Virus record (IMG/VR): IMGVR_UViG_2537561977_000026
Span: 1-12,264 of that record
DNA from: a virus
Lineage: Duplodnaviria > Heunggongvirae > Uroviricota > Caudoviricetes
Reading direction: 5' to 3' (one strand)
DNA length: 12,264 nt
In this document: one piece after another, positions 1 to 8,116 of the stretch
Position numbering within the stretch: position 1 is the first letter of the stretch
Layout of the letters: the number at the start of each line of letters is the position of its first letter
Translations under genes and position numbers: made by a program
The notes under the pieces: generated by a model
The model's database searches: none
The model's input: only the letters and a program-made list of their open reading frames with translations
Told to the model about the DNA's origin: nothing

Positions 1-1233
1 ATGGCACGAAAAACCACCCCACTAACTATTACGGAGATCAAAAACGCACGACCAGGGGAAAAGGAATATACCCTGCAGGATGGCGGAGGATTATTTCTTC
101 TGGTGAAGCCCTCCGGATCAAAAATCTGGCGTTTTACGTACTACCGCCCGGCAGATAAAAACGGACTATTATCAGCCTTGGATCGCTAAATGATGTTTCC
201 CTGTCTGAGGCCAGAGAGCGACGGAATGAATACAGGTCACTCATAGCAAAGGGAACTGACCCACAGGACTACGAACGCCGGAAACGTGAAGCAGAGAGCA
301 GGAAAAAGGGCAACACGTTCGAAAAAGTTGCCTCGGACTGGTACGAGATGAAAAAAGGCCAGAATCTGGCTTACAACACGATTAAGGATATCTGGCGATC
401 CCTGGAAAAATACGTATTCCCGTACATCGGAAACACGCCAATAGATACCCTCACCGCTCGCCGCTTTGTTGAGATACTCACACCCATTAAAGCACGCGGC
501 AACCTGGAAACTCTGAAACGCGTTTTACAACGCATCAATGAAGTGATGGATTTTGCTGCCAACAGTGGGCTGATTGACATCAACACCGCCGCGAACGTCC
601 GCAAGGCATTCCCTTCCCCCACTAAAAAGCATATGCCAACCATCCGACCGGAACAGCTACCGCAGCTAATGCACGATTTATCGGTCGCCAGCATAGAACG
701 GCAAACCAGATTGCTAATCGAGTGGCAACTGCTGACCGTAGCACGCCCAGCCGAAGCAGCCGCCGCACGCTGGGAAGAAATAGATCTCGATGCCGAAACA
801 TGGACGATTCCTGCCGGACGCATGAAGATGCGCCGTGACCATGTGATCCCTCTTTGCGGTCAGGCGATAGCTGTACTGGAAACAATGAAGCCAATCAGCG
901 CACACAGGGAACATGTTTTTCCCAGCCTTAAAAATCCAATGCTGCCAATGAGCAGCCAGACCGCTAACGCTGCATTGCGCCGGATGGGATACGCTGGTGT
1001 CTCACGGATTACGCGCCATATTCAGTACAGCAGCGAACGAGGAAGGATTCGAGCCGGACGTAATCGAGGCCGCACTCGCACACGTGGACACGAACGAGGT
1101 AAGGCGAGCATATAACCGAAGTAACTACCTGGAAAAGCGCGTGGTGCTTATGCGCTGGTGGGGTGAATTTGTGGAGGCTGCCGCAACCGGAGTGACCATA
1201 GCCAGCGGTAAAAGGGGTATCCGTGCCGTGTAA
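1..1233 (+). pseudogene. int: P4-family tyrosine integrase, reading frame broken twice
   Basis: Three collinear ORF pieces (1..189 frame 1; ~162..1115 frame 3; 997..1233 frame 1) together reproduce a full P4/CP4-57-type integrase: N-terminal MARKT.PLT..EIKNA arm-binding region, core IRPEQLPQLM / WQLLTVARPAEA / WTIPAGRMKMRRDHVIPL, C-terminal SHGLR...VIEAALAHVDTNEVRRAYNRSNYLEKR. Frame switches map to an A5 run (156-160) and a G3 run (986-988). Confidence 0.85.
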
Positions 1234-1331
1234 CTGTACAAAAAGCCAGTACAACCAGTGAAAACCATGCCAAACCATCGTATAATTGCCACAAATTTAA
1301 CGACAAGGCCGGAGTATATGAAAATTCTATT

Positions 1332-1562
1332 ATGCAAAATACCACCGCCTACGGCGAAGGCCTGCAACTGGCCTTAATGGCAAATCGTGAATTCTGGTCA
1401 ACATACGATCCAGAAGACAAAACGACAGCCCCCACAAAACACGAGGTAGTCAGTTTTTTGCGCTCGCGTGGTGCATCGAAAAATCTGGCTGAAAGCATCG
1501 ACAAGGTGCTGAGGCCCACCAGCCTTAAATGCGGTGGGCGACCTAAGAAGTGGAAACGGTAA
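1332..1562 (+). CDS. hypothetical small protein (76 aa) between int and alpA
   Basis: ORF in the int-alpA gap, followed by a hairpin terminator. No recognisable family; the nearest SD-like GGAG is 17 nt upstream, so weak. A 19-codon ORF from ATG 1318 has a better SD. Confidence 0.3.
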   Translation: MQNTTAYGEGLQLALMANREFWSTYDPEDKTTAPTKHEVVSFLRSRGASKNLAESIDKVLRPTSLKCGGRPKKWKR

Positions 1563-1569
1563 TCACAAT

Positions 1570-1597
1570 AGCGGCCCTTTGCGGTCGCTATTTTTTT
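1570..1597 (+). terminator. rho-independent terminator
   Basis: Hairpin AGCGGCC-CTTTGC-GGTCGCT (7 bp stem including one G-U) followed by A then T7 (1591-1597). Confidence 0.55.
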
Positions 1598-1632
1598 GCA
1601 GAAAGAAAAGCGTAATCAATGAGATAAAAAAC

Positions 1633-1667
1633 AGTGGGTACCGTTTTAAAACGGTGGGTACTGTTTT
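1633..1667. promoter_or_regulatory. candidate operator upstream of alpA: perfect 16-bp palindrome inside a 15-bp direct repeat pair
   Basis: ACCGTTTTAAAACGGT (1640-1655) is a perfect palindrome. AGTGGGTACCGTTTT (1633-1647) and GGTGGGTACTGTTTT (1653-1667) are near-identical direct repeats. Lies ~70 bp upstream of the alpA start. Confidence 0.4.
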
Positions 1668-1732
1668 TCCCGCCCTGCCCTGTTTTACCGTATTTATCAC
1701 CGGAATACGCCGGATTAACGAGGTAAAACATA

Positions 1733-1938
1733 GTGGAAACAATCAGAAAAATACTTACCCGTCAGGAAGTAAAAATATTCTGCGCATCAAGGCAGACAGT
1801 TCGCTACAGGACATGATCAACGCCGGAAAATTCCCGAAAGGCTTCAAAATCGGTCTGCGCCGTGTTGGCTGGTATGAAGATGAGGTGCTGGCCTGGCTGA
1901 AAGAGCGCGAGGAAGAAGCGCGCGGAACGGCTGCTTAA
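1733..1938 (+). pseudogene. alpA: AlpA-family phage transcriptional regulator (helix-turn-helix), apparent -1 frameshift in an A5 run
   Basis: GTG 1733 preceded by GAGG gives VETIRKILTRQEVK in frame 2. Frame 1 downstream gives ILRIKADSSLQDMINAGKFPKGFKIGLRRVGWYEDEVLAWLKER, matching the AlpA pattern (EV...SRSTIY..I..G.FP.P.KLG.R.VGW.E.EV..WL). Restoring A6 at 1771-1775 joins them into one ~69-aa protein. Confidence 0.6.
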
Positions 1939-1964
1939 CGGGTATCACAGATATGACAAACACG

Positions 1965-1997
1965 AAAAAAGCGGCCCCGATATGGAGCCGCCTTTCT
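1965..1997. terminator. possible bidirectional terminator between convergent alpA and minus-strand genes
   Basis: A6 (1965-1970), GCGGC (1971-1975), 11-nt loop, GCCGC (1987-1991), then CTTTCT. Short stem, so weak. Confidence 0.3.
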
Positions 1998-2086
1998 GAA
2001 CAATTAACCAGCTGCGCCTTATGTGTATATGATCCCAAACATAAGCACGGGGATGATAGCCGCTATCAGGCTGGTGGGCAATGCAA

Positions 2087-2275
2087 TCAGTCTGGTTCAG
2101 TTCGTTGCCATACCTGCAATGAGCGCTTTTCCCTGTACTCTTTAAGGAATTGCTCAAGGGCAAAAGCACATGGCGCGAATCTTTCTGATTCATGCTCTAT
2201 CTTTCTGCGCCGTCTTTTCCGTGCCGGTGATAATGTTTTGGTCAATTCTTTATCGGTCATTGTGTTGTCCTGCAT
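2087..2275 (-). CDS. hypothetical small basic protein (62 aa)
   Basis: Minus-strand ORF 43 nt downstream of the RHH regulator gene; K/R-rich (ARKRRRRK). No strong SD and no family recognised. Confidence 0.25.
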   Translation of the reverse strand: MQDNTMTDKELTKTLSPARKRRRRKIEHESERFAPCAFALEQFLKEYREKRSLQVWQRTEPD

Positions 2276-2317
2276 AGCAATGCGCCGTAATACCTTACAC
2301 CACGGCGCTGATGGTGA

Positions 2318-2623
2318 TTACTCTGGTTCTTTGGTCTTGCGACGCTGGAGTTCTTCGCGTGCAACGGTGACAAGCTGCCCGATTTCTTCCGCTGCTTTGA
2401 TGCCGATTTGTTCGACCTTAGCCAGGGCATCCAGTGACGACACAAGGGGATTTTCTCCGCTGCCTTCTGCTTGGCGGCGAGCTATTTCTCCGCGCATGGC
2501 GGTTACGATAAATCCGGCATTGCTTTCGCCGTCCAGCTTAACGGATTCCATCCCTTGCATAACATCTAGTGGGACTCTGACAGTTGTCAGTTGTGATTTT
2601 GCGTTTTTGTTAGCCGTTGCCAT
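2318..2623 (-). CDS. putative ribbon-helix-helix (Arc/CopG-like) DNA-binding regulator
   Basis: The only convincing minus-strand gene. AGGAG lies 8 nt before the ATG. The TTVRVPLDVMQGMESVKLDGESNAGFIVTAMRGEIARR segment resembles the Arc repressor beta-strand plus helix (compare FNLRWPREVLDLVRKVAEENGRSVNSEIYQRVMESF). Divergent from the primase operon. Confidence 0.55.
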   Translation of the reverse strand: MATANKNAKSQLTTVRVPLDVMQGMESVKLDGESNAGFIVTAMRGEIARRQAEGSGENPLVSSLDALAKVEQIGIKAAEEIGQLVTVAREELQRRKTKEPE

Positions 2624-2815
2624 TTCTGAAACTCCTAATCATCGGTGTGTTTCAGTATACACAAAAAAGAAATACAAAAAGCCTTGACGTGTGTTTCATG
2701 CGCTCATAACATGAAGCACACCGAAAGGATTGTTGAAATACAAAGAGCAACGCCCCGCAGTGCCGGAAACACATACGGGGCGTCTAACCACAAACACTAT
2801 AGAGAGGAAAAATTT
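2624..2815. promoter_or_regulatory. divergent control region between the RHH regulator and the Icd-like/primase operon
   Basis: Candidate sigma70 promoter: -35 TTGACG (2684-2689), 17-bp spacer, -10 TAACAT (2707-2712). GTGTGTTTCA direct repeat at 2645-2654 and 2689-2698. GC-rich hairpin ACGCCCCG (2750-2757) / CGGGGCGT (2776-2783) in the leader. Confidence 0.4.
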
Positions 2816-3013
2816 ATGGTTGCTGTAAATCATATACCACACCTTGTACACACACAAACGGCCTTTGTGTGGCGTTTTCTGGCCCTGAGTGCCGGAGAAT
2901 CTCAAATCATCCACGTAACCGCCTGGACGGAACGCGAAGCGCGTAGCCGTTGCCCGTACGGTTGTGTTGCTGTGTTCGCCGCCCGTATTCGCCAGGAGGT
3001 GAGTCATGCATAA
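2816..3013 (+). CDS. Icd-like small protein (Icd/Ash-family pattern)
   Basis: ATG 2816 preceded by AGAGGAAAA. MVAVNHIPHLVHTQTAFVWRFLALSAGESQIIHVTAWTEREARSRCPYGCVAVFAARIRQEVSHA fits the small Icd-like proteins usually found just upstream of P4-type primase genes. The track ORF 2645..3013 carries an N-terminal extension that is probably not translated. Confidence 0.5.
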   Translation: MVAVNHIPHLVHTQTAFVWRFLALSAGESQIIHVTAWTEREARSRCPYGCVAVFAARIRQEVSHA

Positions 3014-3233
3014 AATACCTTTTGATGTTCTTATTCATTCTGAGAATGCATTAATCCGCGCAAAGGAAATGGAGGCATTATTACTTAAGTTAATGGAAGT
3101 GCCGGAAAATGGCGATGAATCATATCCCATGATGTTTTCTGCCGTGCACACATTATTAACGCCAGTAATTAACGAATTAAATACGGTGATGGCAATTCAC
3201 GAGAATAATAAAGCGCATCACACCGGAGAATAA
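3006..3233 (+). CDS. hypothetical protein (75 aa)
   Basis: Strong SD AGGAGGTG; start overlaps the upstream stop (ATGCATAA), suggesting translational coupling within the operon. Confidence 0.5.
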   Translation: MHKIPFDVLIHSENALIRAKEMEALLLKLMEVPENGDESYPMMFSAVHTLLTPVINELNTVMAIHENNKAHHTGE

Positions 3234-3238
3234 AAACC

Positions 3239-3526
3239 ATGAAAAAGAAAAATTCTGGCTTTACTGTCAGCGGCCCCGCTCGGCCTGAAATCCGCCCCGG
3301 CGATATTTTCAAAGATAACTACGGCGGCACGATAACGATAAAAGACGTGGAAGAACGGCGCATCACCTACCGCCGTGAAGGCTACGACTATGACTGCGTG
3401 ATGCCTGTTTATCAGTTCCGGCGTGATTTTAAGCTGGTGGGCCATCGTAAAGCCGTAAATCAGAAACGTGCAGCAAGCTATATCCGCAAAATCCGTGAAA
3501 TGCTGGTCGCAGGGGGTAAAAAATGA
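3239..3526 (+). CDS. hypothetical protein (95 aa)
   Basis: SD GGAGAA; its stop overlaps the primase start (ATGA). Basic C-terminus. No family recognised. Confidence 0.5.
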   Translation: MKKKNSGFTVSGPARPEIRPGDIFKDNYGGTITIKDVEERRITYRREGYDYDCVMPVYQFRRDFKLVGHRKAVNQKRAASYIRKIREMLVAGGKK

Positions 3527-4258
3527 AACTGGCACCGAACGTAAAACAGCAGTCACGCGGCATAAAACACAAAGAAACAGAAGTCATTATTTTTGCGGGT
3601 AGTGATGCCTGGTCACACGCAAAACAATGGCAGGAACATGACGCGCGTATGGCCGGAGATAATGAGCCTCCTGTGTGGCTTGGGGAGCAGCAGTTATCCG
3701 AACTGGATAAGCTGCAAATTGTGCCGGAAGGCAGAAAATCCGTGCGCATATTCAAGGCCGGATATCTTGCGCCAGTAATGATAAAGGCGATTGGTCAGAA
3801 GCTGGCGGCGGCAGGCGTACAGGATGCAAATTTTTATCCTGAGGGTATGCACTGCCAGGAGGTGCAGAACTGGCGCGAATATCTGGCCCGTGAACGCCAG
3901 AATCTTTCTGATGGTCTGGTTATTGAGCTTCCGGTAAAGCAAAAAATGCAGCTTTCGCAGATGGCGGACAGTGAGCGCGCGCAGCTGCTTGCCGATCGCT
4001 TTGATGGCGTTTGTGTGCATCCAGAAAGTGAAATCGTTCACGTATGGCGCGGCGGGGTATGGTGTCCGGTCAGCACAATGGAACTTAGCCGCGAAATGGT
4101 GGCGATCTATTCAGAGCACAGGGCCACTTTCAGCAAGCGCGTAATCAATAACGCCGTGGAAGCATTAAAAGTTATTGCCCAGCCAATGGGGGAGCCGTCC
4201 GGCGATTTGTTGCCGTTCGCCAATGGTGCGCTTGACCTGAAAACGGGGGAATTTTCCC

Positions 4259-5552
4259 CTGAGGAATCCCCAGAAAACAAGACAGGCATAGTGAGATGTG
4301 ATCTAATTGATTGTGCTAACAATTTCAAGGAGATCACCACTATGCCTGCACGTTCATTATGCCAAAATTTCCTTAACAACATACTGGCCCCTTTGCATCT
4401 TTACCGTCAAAAATCACTGATTGACGCAACTAATGCTGTAATAAATGGCGCTTCCCTCACACTTACCAGTATCGGGCGTCATTTAACCGGTACGGCATCA
4501 GTTAAAAACAAAATAAAGCGGGTGGATCGACTGTTGGGGAATCGACATTTGCAAAATGAGGTTTCCACCATTTTTCAGCGAATTACCCAAAAGATTACGC
4601 GGGGAATGTCTCGTGTTGTGATACTCATTGACTGGAGTGCTTATCATGCCTCTCGTTTTCAGCTTTTGCGGGCAAGCCTGGCATGTGACGGGCGTTCTTT
4701 ACCGTTGATGAGTTGTGTCGTTCCATCATCACAGACAGCGAATGCAGATGTACATGAGCGTTTTCTGGAATCGCTTGCTGAGTGCTTTTCCCCCGGGACT
4801 GATGTCATTGTTATTACAGATGCCGGTTTTCAGGGGCGATGGTTCCAACAGCTCCGCTCCCGTGGCTGGACCTATATTTGCCGGGTACTGGGCAATCATT
4901 ATTACAATGTTGGTAATGGCTGGGAAAAGGTGTCGGACTCAGGCACAAAAGCATCAACGACAGCAATTTATTTAGGTGAAGGCCTGCTGGGTCGAGATAA
5001 AAATGCACAACATGAAGGGCATTTTTATCTTTATAAAAGTAAGCCTAAAGGTCGTAGATTTAAACGCTCGAAGGAAAGAGCAACCAGACCATCGGTGACG
5101 GCTAAAGCTCGTACTGCCGGGAAATCACCATGGTTTATTTTCACAAACAGTACTGAGTTCTCGCCAAAACAGGTAATGAAATTATACAGCCGTAGAATGC
5201 AAATTGAGCAAAATTTCAGGGATGAAAAAAATCCTCGCTGGGGATTTGGACTACGGTTTGGTGCCAGTCATTCATCCGGGCGGGTCACGGTATTGAGTCT
5301 GATCGCAACATTAGCCAGTATCATTATGTGGTTAAGCGGTTTCAGCCTGGAAAACAAAGGGATACATCATAAATATCAGGCAAATACAGTGAAGCACAGG
5401 CGAGTCATCTCGTTATTAAAACTGGCGGAGAATGTGATTCGACATTCTCCACTCATACTAAACACACTGTCACTTGACGCAGGGCTGAAAGTTCTACAGC
5501 AACGGTATACCAATATGATAATGGTTTACTAAATTTTCTGGGGATCCCTCAG
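4259..5552 (+). mobile_element. IS4-family (IS10-like) insertion sequence, ~1.29 kb
   Basis: Terminal inverted repeats CTGAGGAATCCCCAGAAAAC (4259-4278) and complement of ATTTTCTGGGGATCCCTCAG (5533-5552), 18/20 match. Flanked by direct repeat GGAATTTTCCC (4248-4258 and 5553-5563), consistent with a target-site duplication. Confidence 0.85.
4342..5532 (+). CDS. IS4-family (IS10-like) DDE transposase
   Basis: 396 aa, collinear with IS10 transposase: IKRVDRLLGNRHL, LIDWS, ITDAGF, YSRRMQIEQNFRD, QANTVKHRRV. In the track it appears fused in frame to the primase N-fragment (ORF 3523..5532). Confidence 0.85.
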   Translation: MPARSLCQNFLNNILAPLHLYRQKSLIDATNAVINGASLTLTSIGRHLTGTASVKNKIKRVDRLLGNRHLQNEVSTIFQRITQKITRGMSRVVILIDWSAYHASRFQLLRASLACDGRSLPLMSCVVPSSQTANADVHERFLESLAECFSPGTDVIVITDAGFQGRWFQQLRSRGWTYICRVLGNHYYNVGNGWEKVSDSGTKASTTAIYLGEGLLGRDKNAQHEGHFYLYKSKPKGRRFKRSKERATRPSVTAKARTAGKSPWFIFTNSTEFSPKQVMKLYSRRMQIEQNFRDEKNPRWGFGLRFGASHSSGRVTVLSLIATLASIIMWLSGFSLENKGIHHKYQANTVKHRRVISLLKLAENVIRHSPLILNTLSLDAGLKVLQQRYTNMIMVY

Positions 5553-5974
5553 GGAATTTTCCCCGCACACGCCGGAGAACTGGATCACCACGCACAACGG
5601 CATTGAGTACACGGCACCAGCACCAGGGGAGAACATCCGCGACAACGCTCCAAACTTTCATAAATGGCTTGATCACGCTGCCGGAAAAGATCCGGGCAAG
5701 ATGATGCGTATATGCGCCGCGCTATACATGATTATGGCGAACCGGTACGACTGGCAGATGTTTATTGAGGCCACCGGAGACGGCGGGAGCGGCAAGAGCA
5801 CTTTCACGCACATAGCCAGCCTTCTGGCAGGGAAACAGAACACAGTAAGGCAGTATGACTTTCCGTGAGACAGATGCTGGCCAACGTGGGATATTTAACG
5901 CGGGTTAACATCGTTGTCAGAGCCGCATGGGTGAGCTGTTGCTACACCCCGGTATTTCCACCACGGAGGCCAGC

Positions 5975-7102
5975 ATGAACAACAATAACACATTGTACGT
6001 CGGGTTAGATGTTCACAAAGAATCGATTACTGTCGCTTATGCTATCAATTCAGAACCTGTTGAACTGATGGGTAAAATTGGCACATCACCTACTGATATT
6101 CAGAATCTTTGTAAACGTCTCAGGTCAAAGTCATCGCAGGTCAGTATCGTTTATGAAGCGGGGCCCTGTGGTTATGGACTTTATCGTCGGCTGGTGAAAT
6201 CCGGTTTTGACTGCATGGTCTGCGCCCCCTCACTTATCCCGAAAAAACCGGGGGAGCGGGTTAAAACCGATCGCCGTGATGCCATCAGACTTGTGCGTTC
6301 ACTGCGTGCAGGAGATCTTTCTGCTGTCTACGTACCCGGCATTGAAGATGAGGCATTCCGGGATTTGGCCCGGGCATGGGCATCTGCCCGCGATGATTTA
6401 CGGCATGCAAGGCAACGTCTGAAATCGTTTCTTCTGGTTCATGGGGTCCATTATGTCGGGCGAGCAGATTGGGGCCCTGCACACCGACGCTGGCTCAGCA
6501 AATACTCATTCGAAAGTCCCTGGCGACAATTAGCTTTTGACGAACACCGTCGTACAATAGAAGACCGGCAGGCACAATGTGAACGGCTGGAATCCGCCCT
6601 GAAGGAGGCCGTTACCGAATGGAGGCTGTATCCGGTAGTAGAGGCGCTGCAAGCCATGCGAGGGATTCAGTTTATTACTGCGGTTGGATTAATTTCTGAA
6701 CTGGGTGATCTGACCCGTTTTGAACATCCACGACAACTGATGTCATGGTTTGGTATCACGCCATCAGAATATTCATCGGGTGGAAGCAGACATCAGGGCA
6801 GCATTACCAAAGCCGGAAACAGCTATGCCAGAAAGCTATTGGTCGAGGCAGCGTGGAGTTACCGTCATCCGGCACGCATCAGTCCGGCAATACAAAAAAG
6901 GCAGGAAAATTTACCCCGCCCCGTCATTGACAGAGCATGGGATGCTCAACTCAGGCTTTGTAAGAGGTATCGAAAACTTCAGGCCAAAGGAAAGAATGTC
7001 AATATTACAATTGTTGCTGTTGCACGTGAGCTGGCGGGTTTTATCTGGGATATGGGCCGAATAGCAATGTCTGTCGCACAACAACCACAATGTCACAAAT
7101 AA
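5975..7102 (+). CDS. IS110-family (DEDD) transposase
   Basis: GGAGG 5 nt before ATG 5975. N-terminal LYVGLDVHKESITVA and C-terminal LQAMRGIQFITAVGLISELGDLTRFEHPRQLMSWFGITPSEYSSGGSRHQGSITKAGNSYARKLLVEAAW are IS110/IS116/IS902-type motifs. The track ORF starts at 5927 but 5975 has the SD. Confidence 0.85.
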   Translation: MNNNNTLYVGLDVHKESITVAYAINSEPVELMGKIGTSPTDIQNLCKRLRSKSSQVSIVYEAGPCGYGLYRRLVKSGFDCMVCAPSLIPKKPGERVKTDRRDAIRLVRSLRAGDLSAVYVPGIEDEAFRDLARAWASARDDLRHARQRLKSFLLVHGVHYVGRADWGPAHRRWLSKYSFESPWRQLAFDEHRRTIEDRQAQCERLESALKEAVTEWRLYPVVEALQAMRGIQFITAVGLISELGDLTRFEHPRQLMSWFGITPSEYSSGGSRHQGSITKAGNSYARKLLVEAAWSYRHPARISPAIQKRQENLPRPVIDRAWDAQLRLCKRYRKLQAKGKNVNITIVAVARELAGFIWDMGRIAMSVAQQPQCHK

Positions 7103-7118
7103 AAAATGAGAATAACCA

Positions 7119-7307
7119 GTTCCCTGAAGGCGACGTAGCCCGGTACAAGAGTAACCCACGTTAGCGCTTGGCGACGGCGGAACAAAGCTGATTCGCGACG
7201 TAAGAAAGTGGCAGGCTCATATGACGGACCTCTGTAATGCGGTATCCAACCCGCGAATATCAGCGTGATTCACCGTCGGATTTACTGCTACGTCGCCCTC
7301 AGGGAAT
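7119..7307 (+). ncRNA. candidate bridge/seek RNA of the IS110-family element
   Basis: 19-nt inverted repeat TCCCTGAAGGCGACGTAGC (7121-7139) / GCTACGTCGCCCTCAGGGA (7287-7305), 18/19 pairs, extendable by 2 bp, enclosing ~147 nt. Internal ATATCAGCG (7257-7265) is identical to the IS-end/flank junction at 7363-7371; AGCGCT (7163-7168) matches the right flank. Confidence 0.3.
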
Positions 7308-8116
7308 TAAACCTAAAAAGAAAATCGTCAAAATTAGAGATTCCGGTTTGACACGGAAAGTCATATCAGCGCTGAGATGACATCGCTTGATGATGCTGGT
7401 GGGCGTGCACAGGTTGTCGGGAGTCGTCTTATCGTCCTGGCAGACCAGCCGAAATATACAGGCGAAGGAACGGGCATCAAGAAAATCACGGGCGGCGACC
7501 CCGTGGAAATTAACCCGAAATATGAAAAGCGTTTTACGGCGGTAATCAGGGCGGTGGTGCTGGCAACCAATAACAATCCGATGATATTCACCGAACGGGC
7601 CGGAGGCGTGGCACGTCGTCGCGTGATTTTCCGTTTCGACAATATCGTCAACGAGGCCGAAAAAGACAGGGAACTACCGGAAAAGATTGCGGCTGAAATC
7701 CCCGTCATTATCCGCCGATTACTGGCGAACTTTGCAGACCCTGAAAAGGCGCGGGCTTTACTACTGGAACAGCGTGACGGTGATGAAGCACTGGCGATAA
7801 AGCAGCAAACGGATCCGGTTATTGAGTTTTGCCAGTTCCTGAATTTTCTGGAGGAAGCACGTGGCCTGATGATGGGTGGCGGTGGCGATTCCGTGAAGTA
7901 CACGACCAGAAACAGCCTTTACCGCGTCTATCTGGCGTTTATGGCATACGCAGGCAGAACCAAACCACTAAACGTAAATGACTTTGGCAAGGCCATGAAG
8001 CCAGCCGCAAAAGTTTACGGACATGAATATATTACGCGAAAAATTAATGGAGTGACGCAGACTAACGCAATAACAACCGACGATTGCGACGCGTTTTTAT
8101 AATTTTTGGCAATTGC

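Larger units (their letters stand above)
5854..7367 (+). mobile_element. IS110-family insertion sequence, ~1.5 kb, exact ends uncertain by a few bp
   Basis: Interrupts the primase between ...KQNTV and SAEMTSLDD.... 14-bp inverted repeats TATGACTTTCCGTG (5860-5873) and CACGGAAAGTCATA (7352-7365). Carries a DEDD transposase plus a 265-bp 3' non-coding region. No obvious target duplication. Confidence 0.75.
3523..8102 (+). pseudogene. P4-family primase/helicase split into three fragments by two IS insertions
   Basis: Fragments: 3523..4258 (N-terminal, ends GALDLKTGEFSP), 5554..5868 (HTPENWITTHNG...Walker A GDGGSGKST...LLAGKQNTV) and ~7368..8102 (SAEMTSLDDAGGRAQVVGSRLIVLADQ...DDCDAFL). Junctions are collinear in protein sequence once the IS elements are removed; the reconstructed gene is ~590 codons. 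Confidence 0.8.

Noticed and set aside
1953-2687. 244-aa plus-strand ORF
   Set aside because: Lies antisense to the RHH regulator gene and orf62, has an S/C/R-rich low-complexity translation, no ribosome-binding site and no family resemblance; treated as a spurious antisense ORF.
3523-5532. 669-aa ORF as a single native gene
   Set aside because: It is a chimera: a primase N-terminal fragment reading in frame through the IS left inverted repeat into the IS10-like transposase. Annotated instead as primase fragment plus transposase.
5927-5974. N-terminal extension of the IS110 transposase ORF (MGELLLHPGISTTEAS)
   Set aside because: No ribosome-binding site, whereas ATG 5975 has GGAGG at optimal spacing and begins the conserved LYVGLDVHK motif.
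5546-7308. Shared 13-mer CCCTCAGGGAATT at 5546-5558 (IS10-like right end) and 7296-7308 (IS110 3' region)
   Set aside because: A single 13-bp match in a 12-kb window is within chance expectation, and the two contexts (terminal repeat versus stem of a putative RNA) are unrelated.
7361-7903. 180-aa minus-strand ORF
   Set aside because: Antisense to the well-supported primase C-terminal fragment; P/S/R-rich translation without family features.
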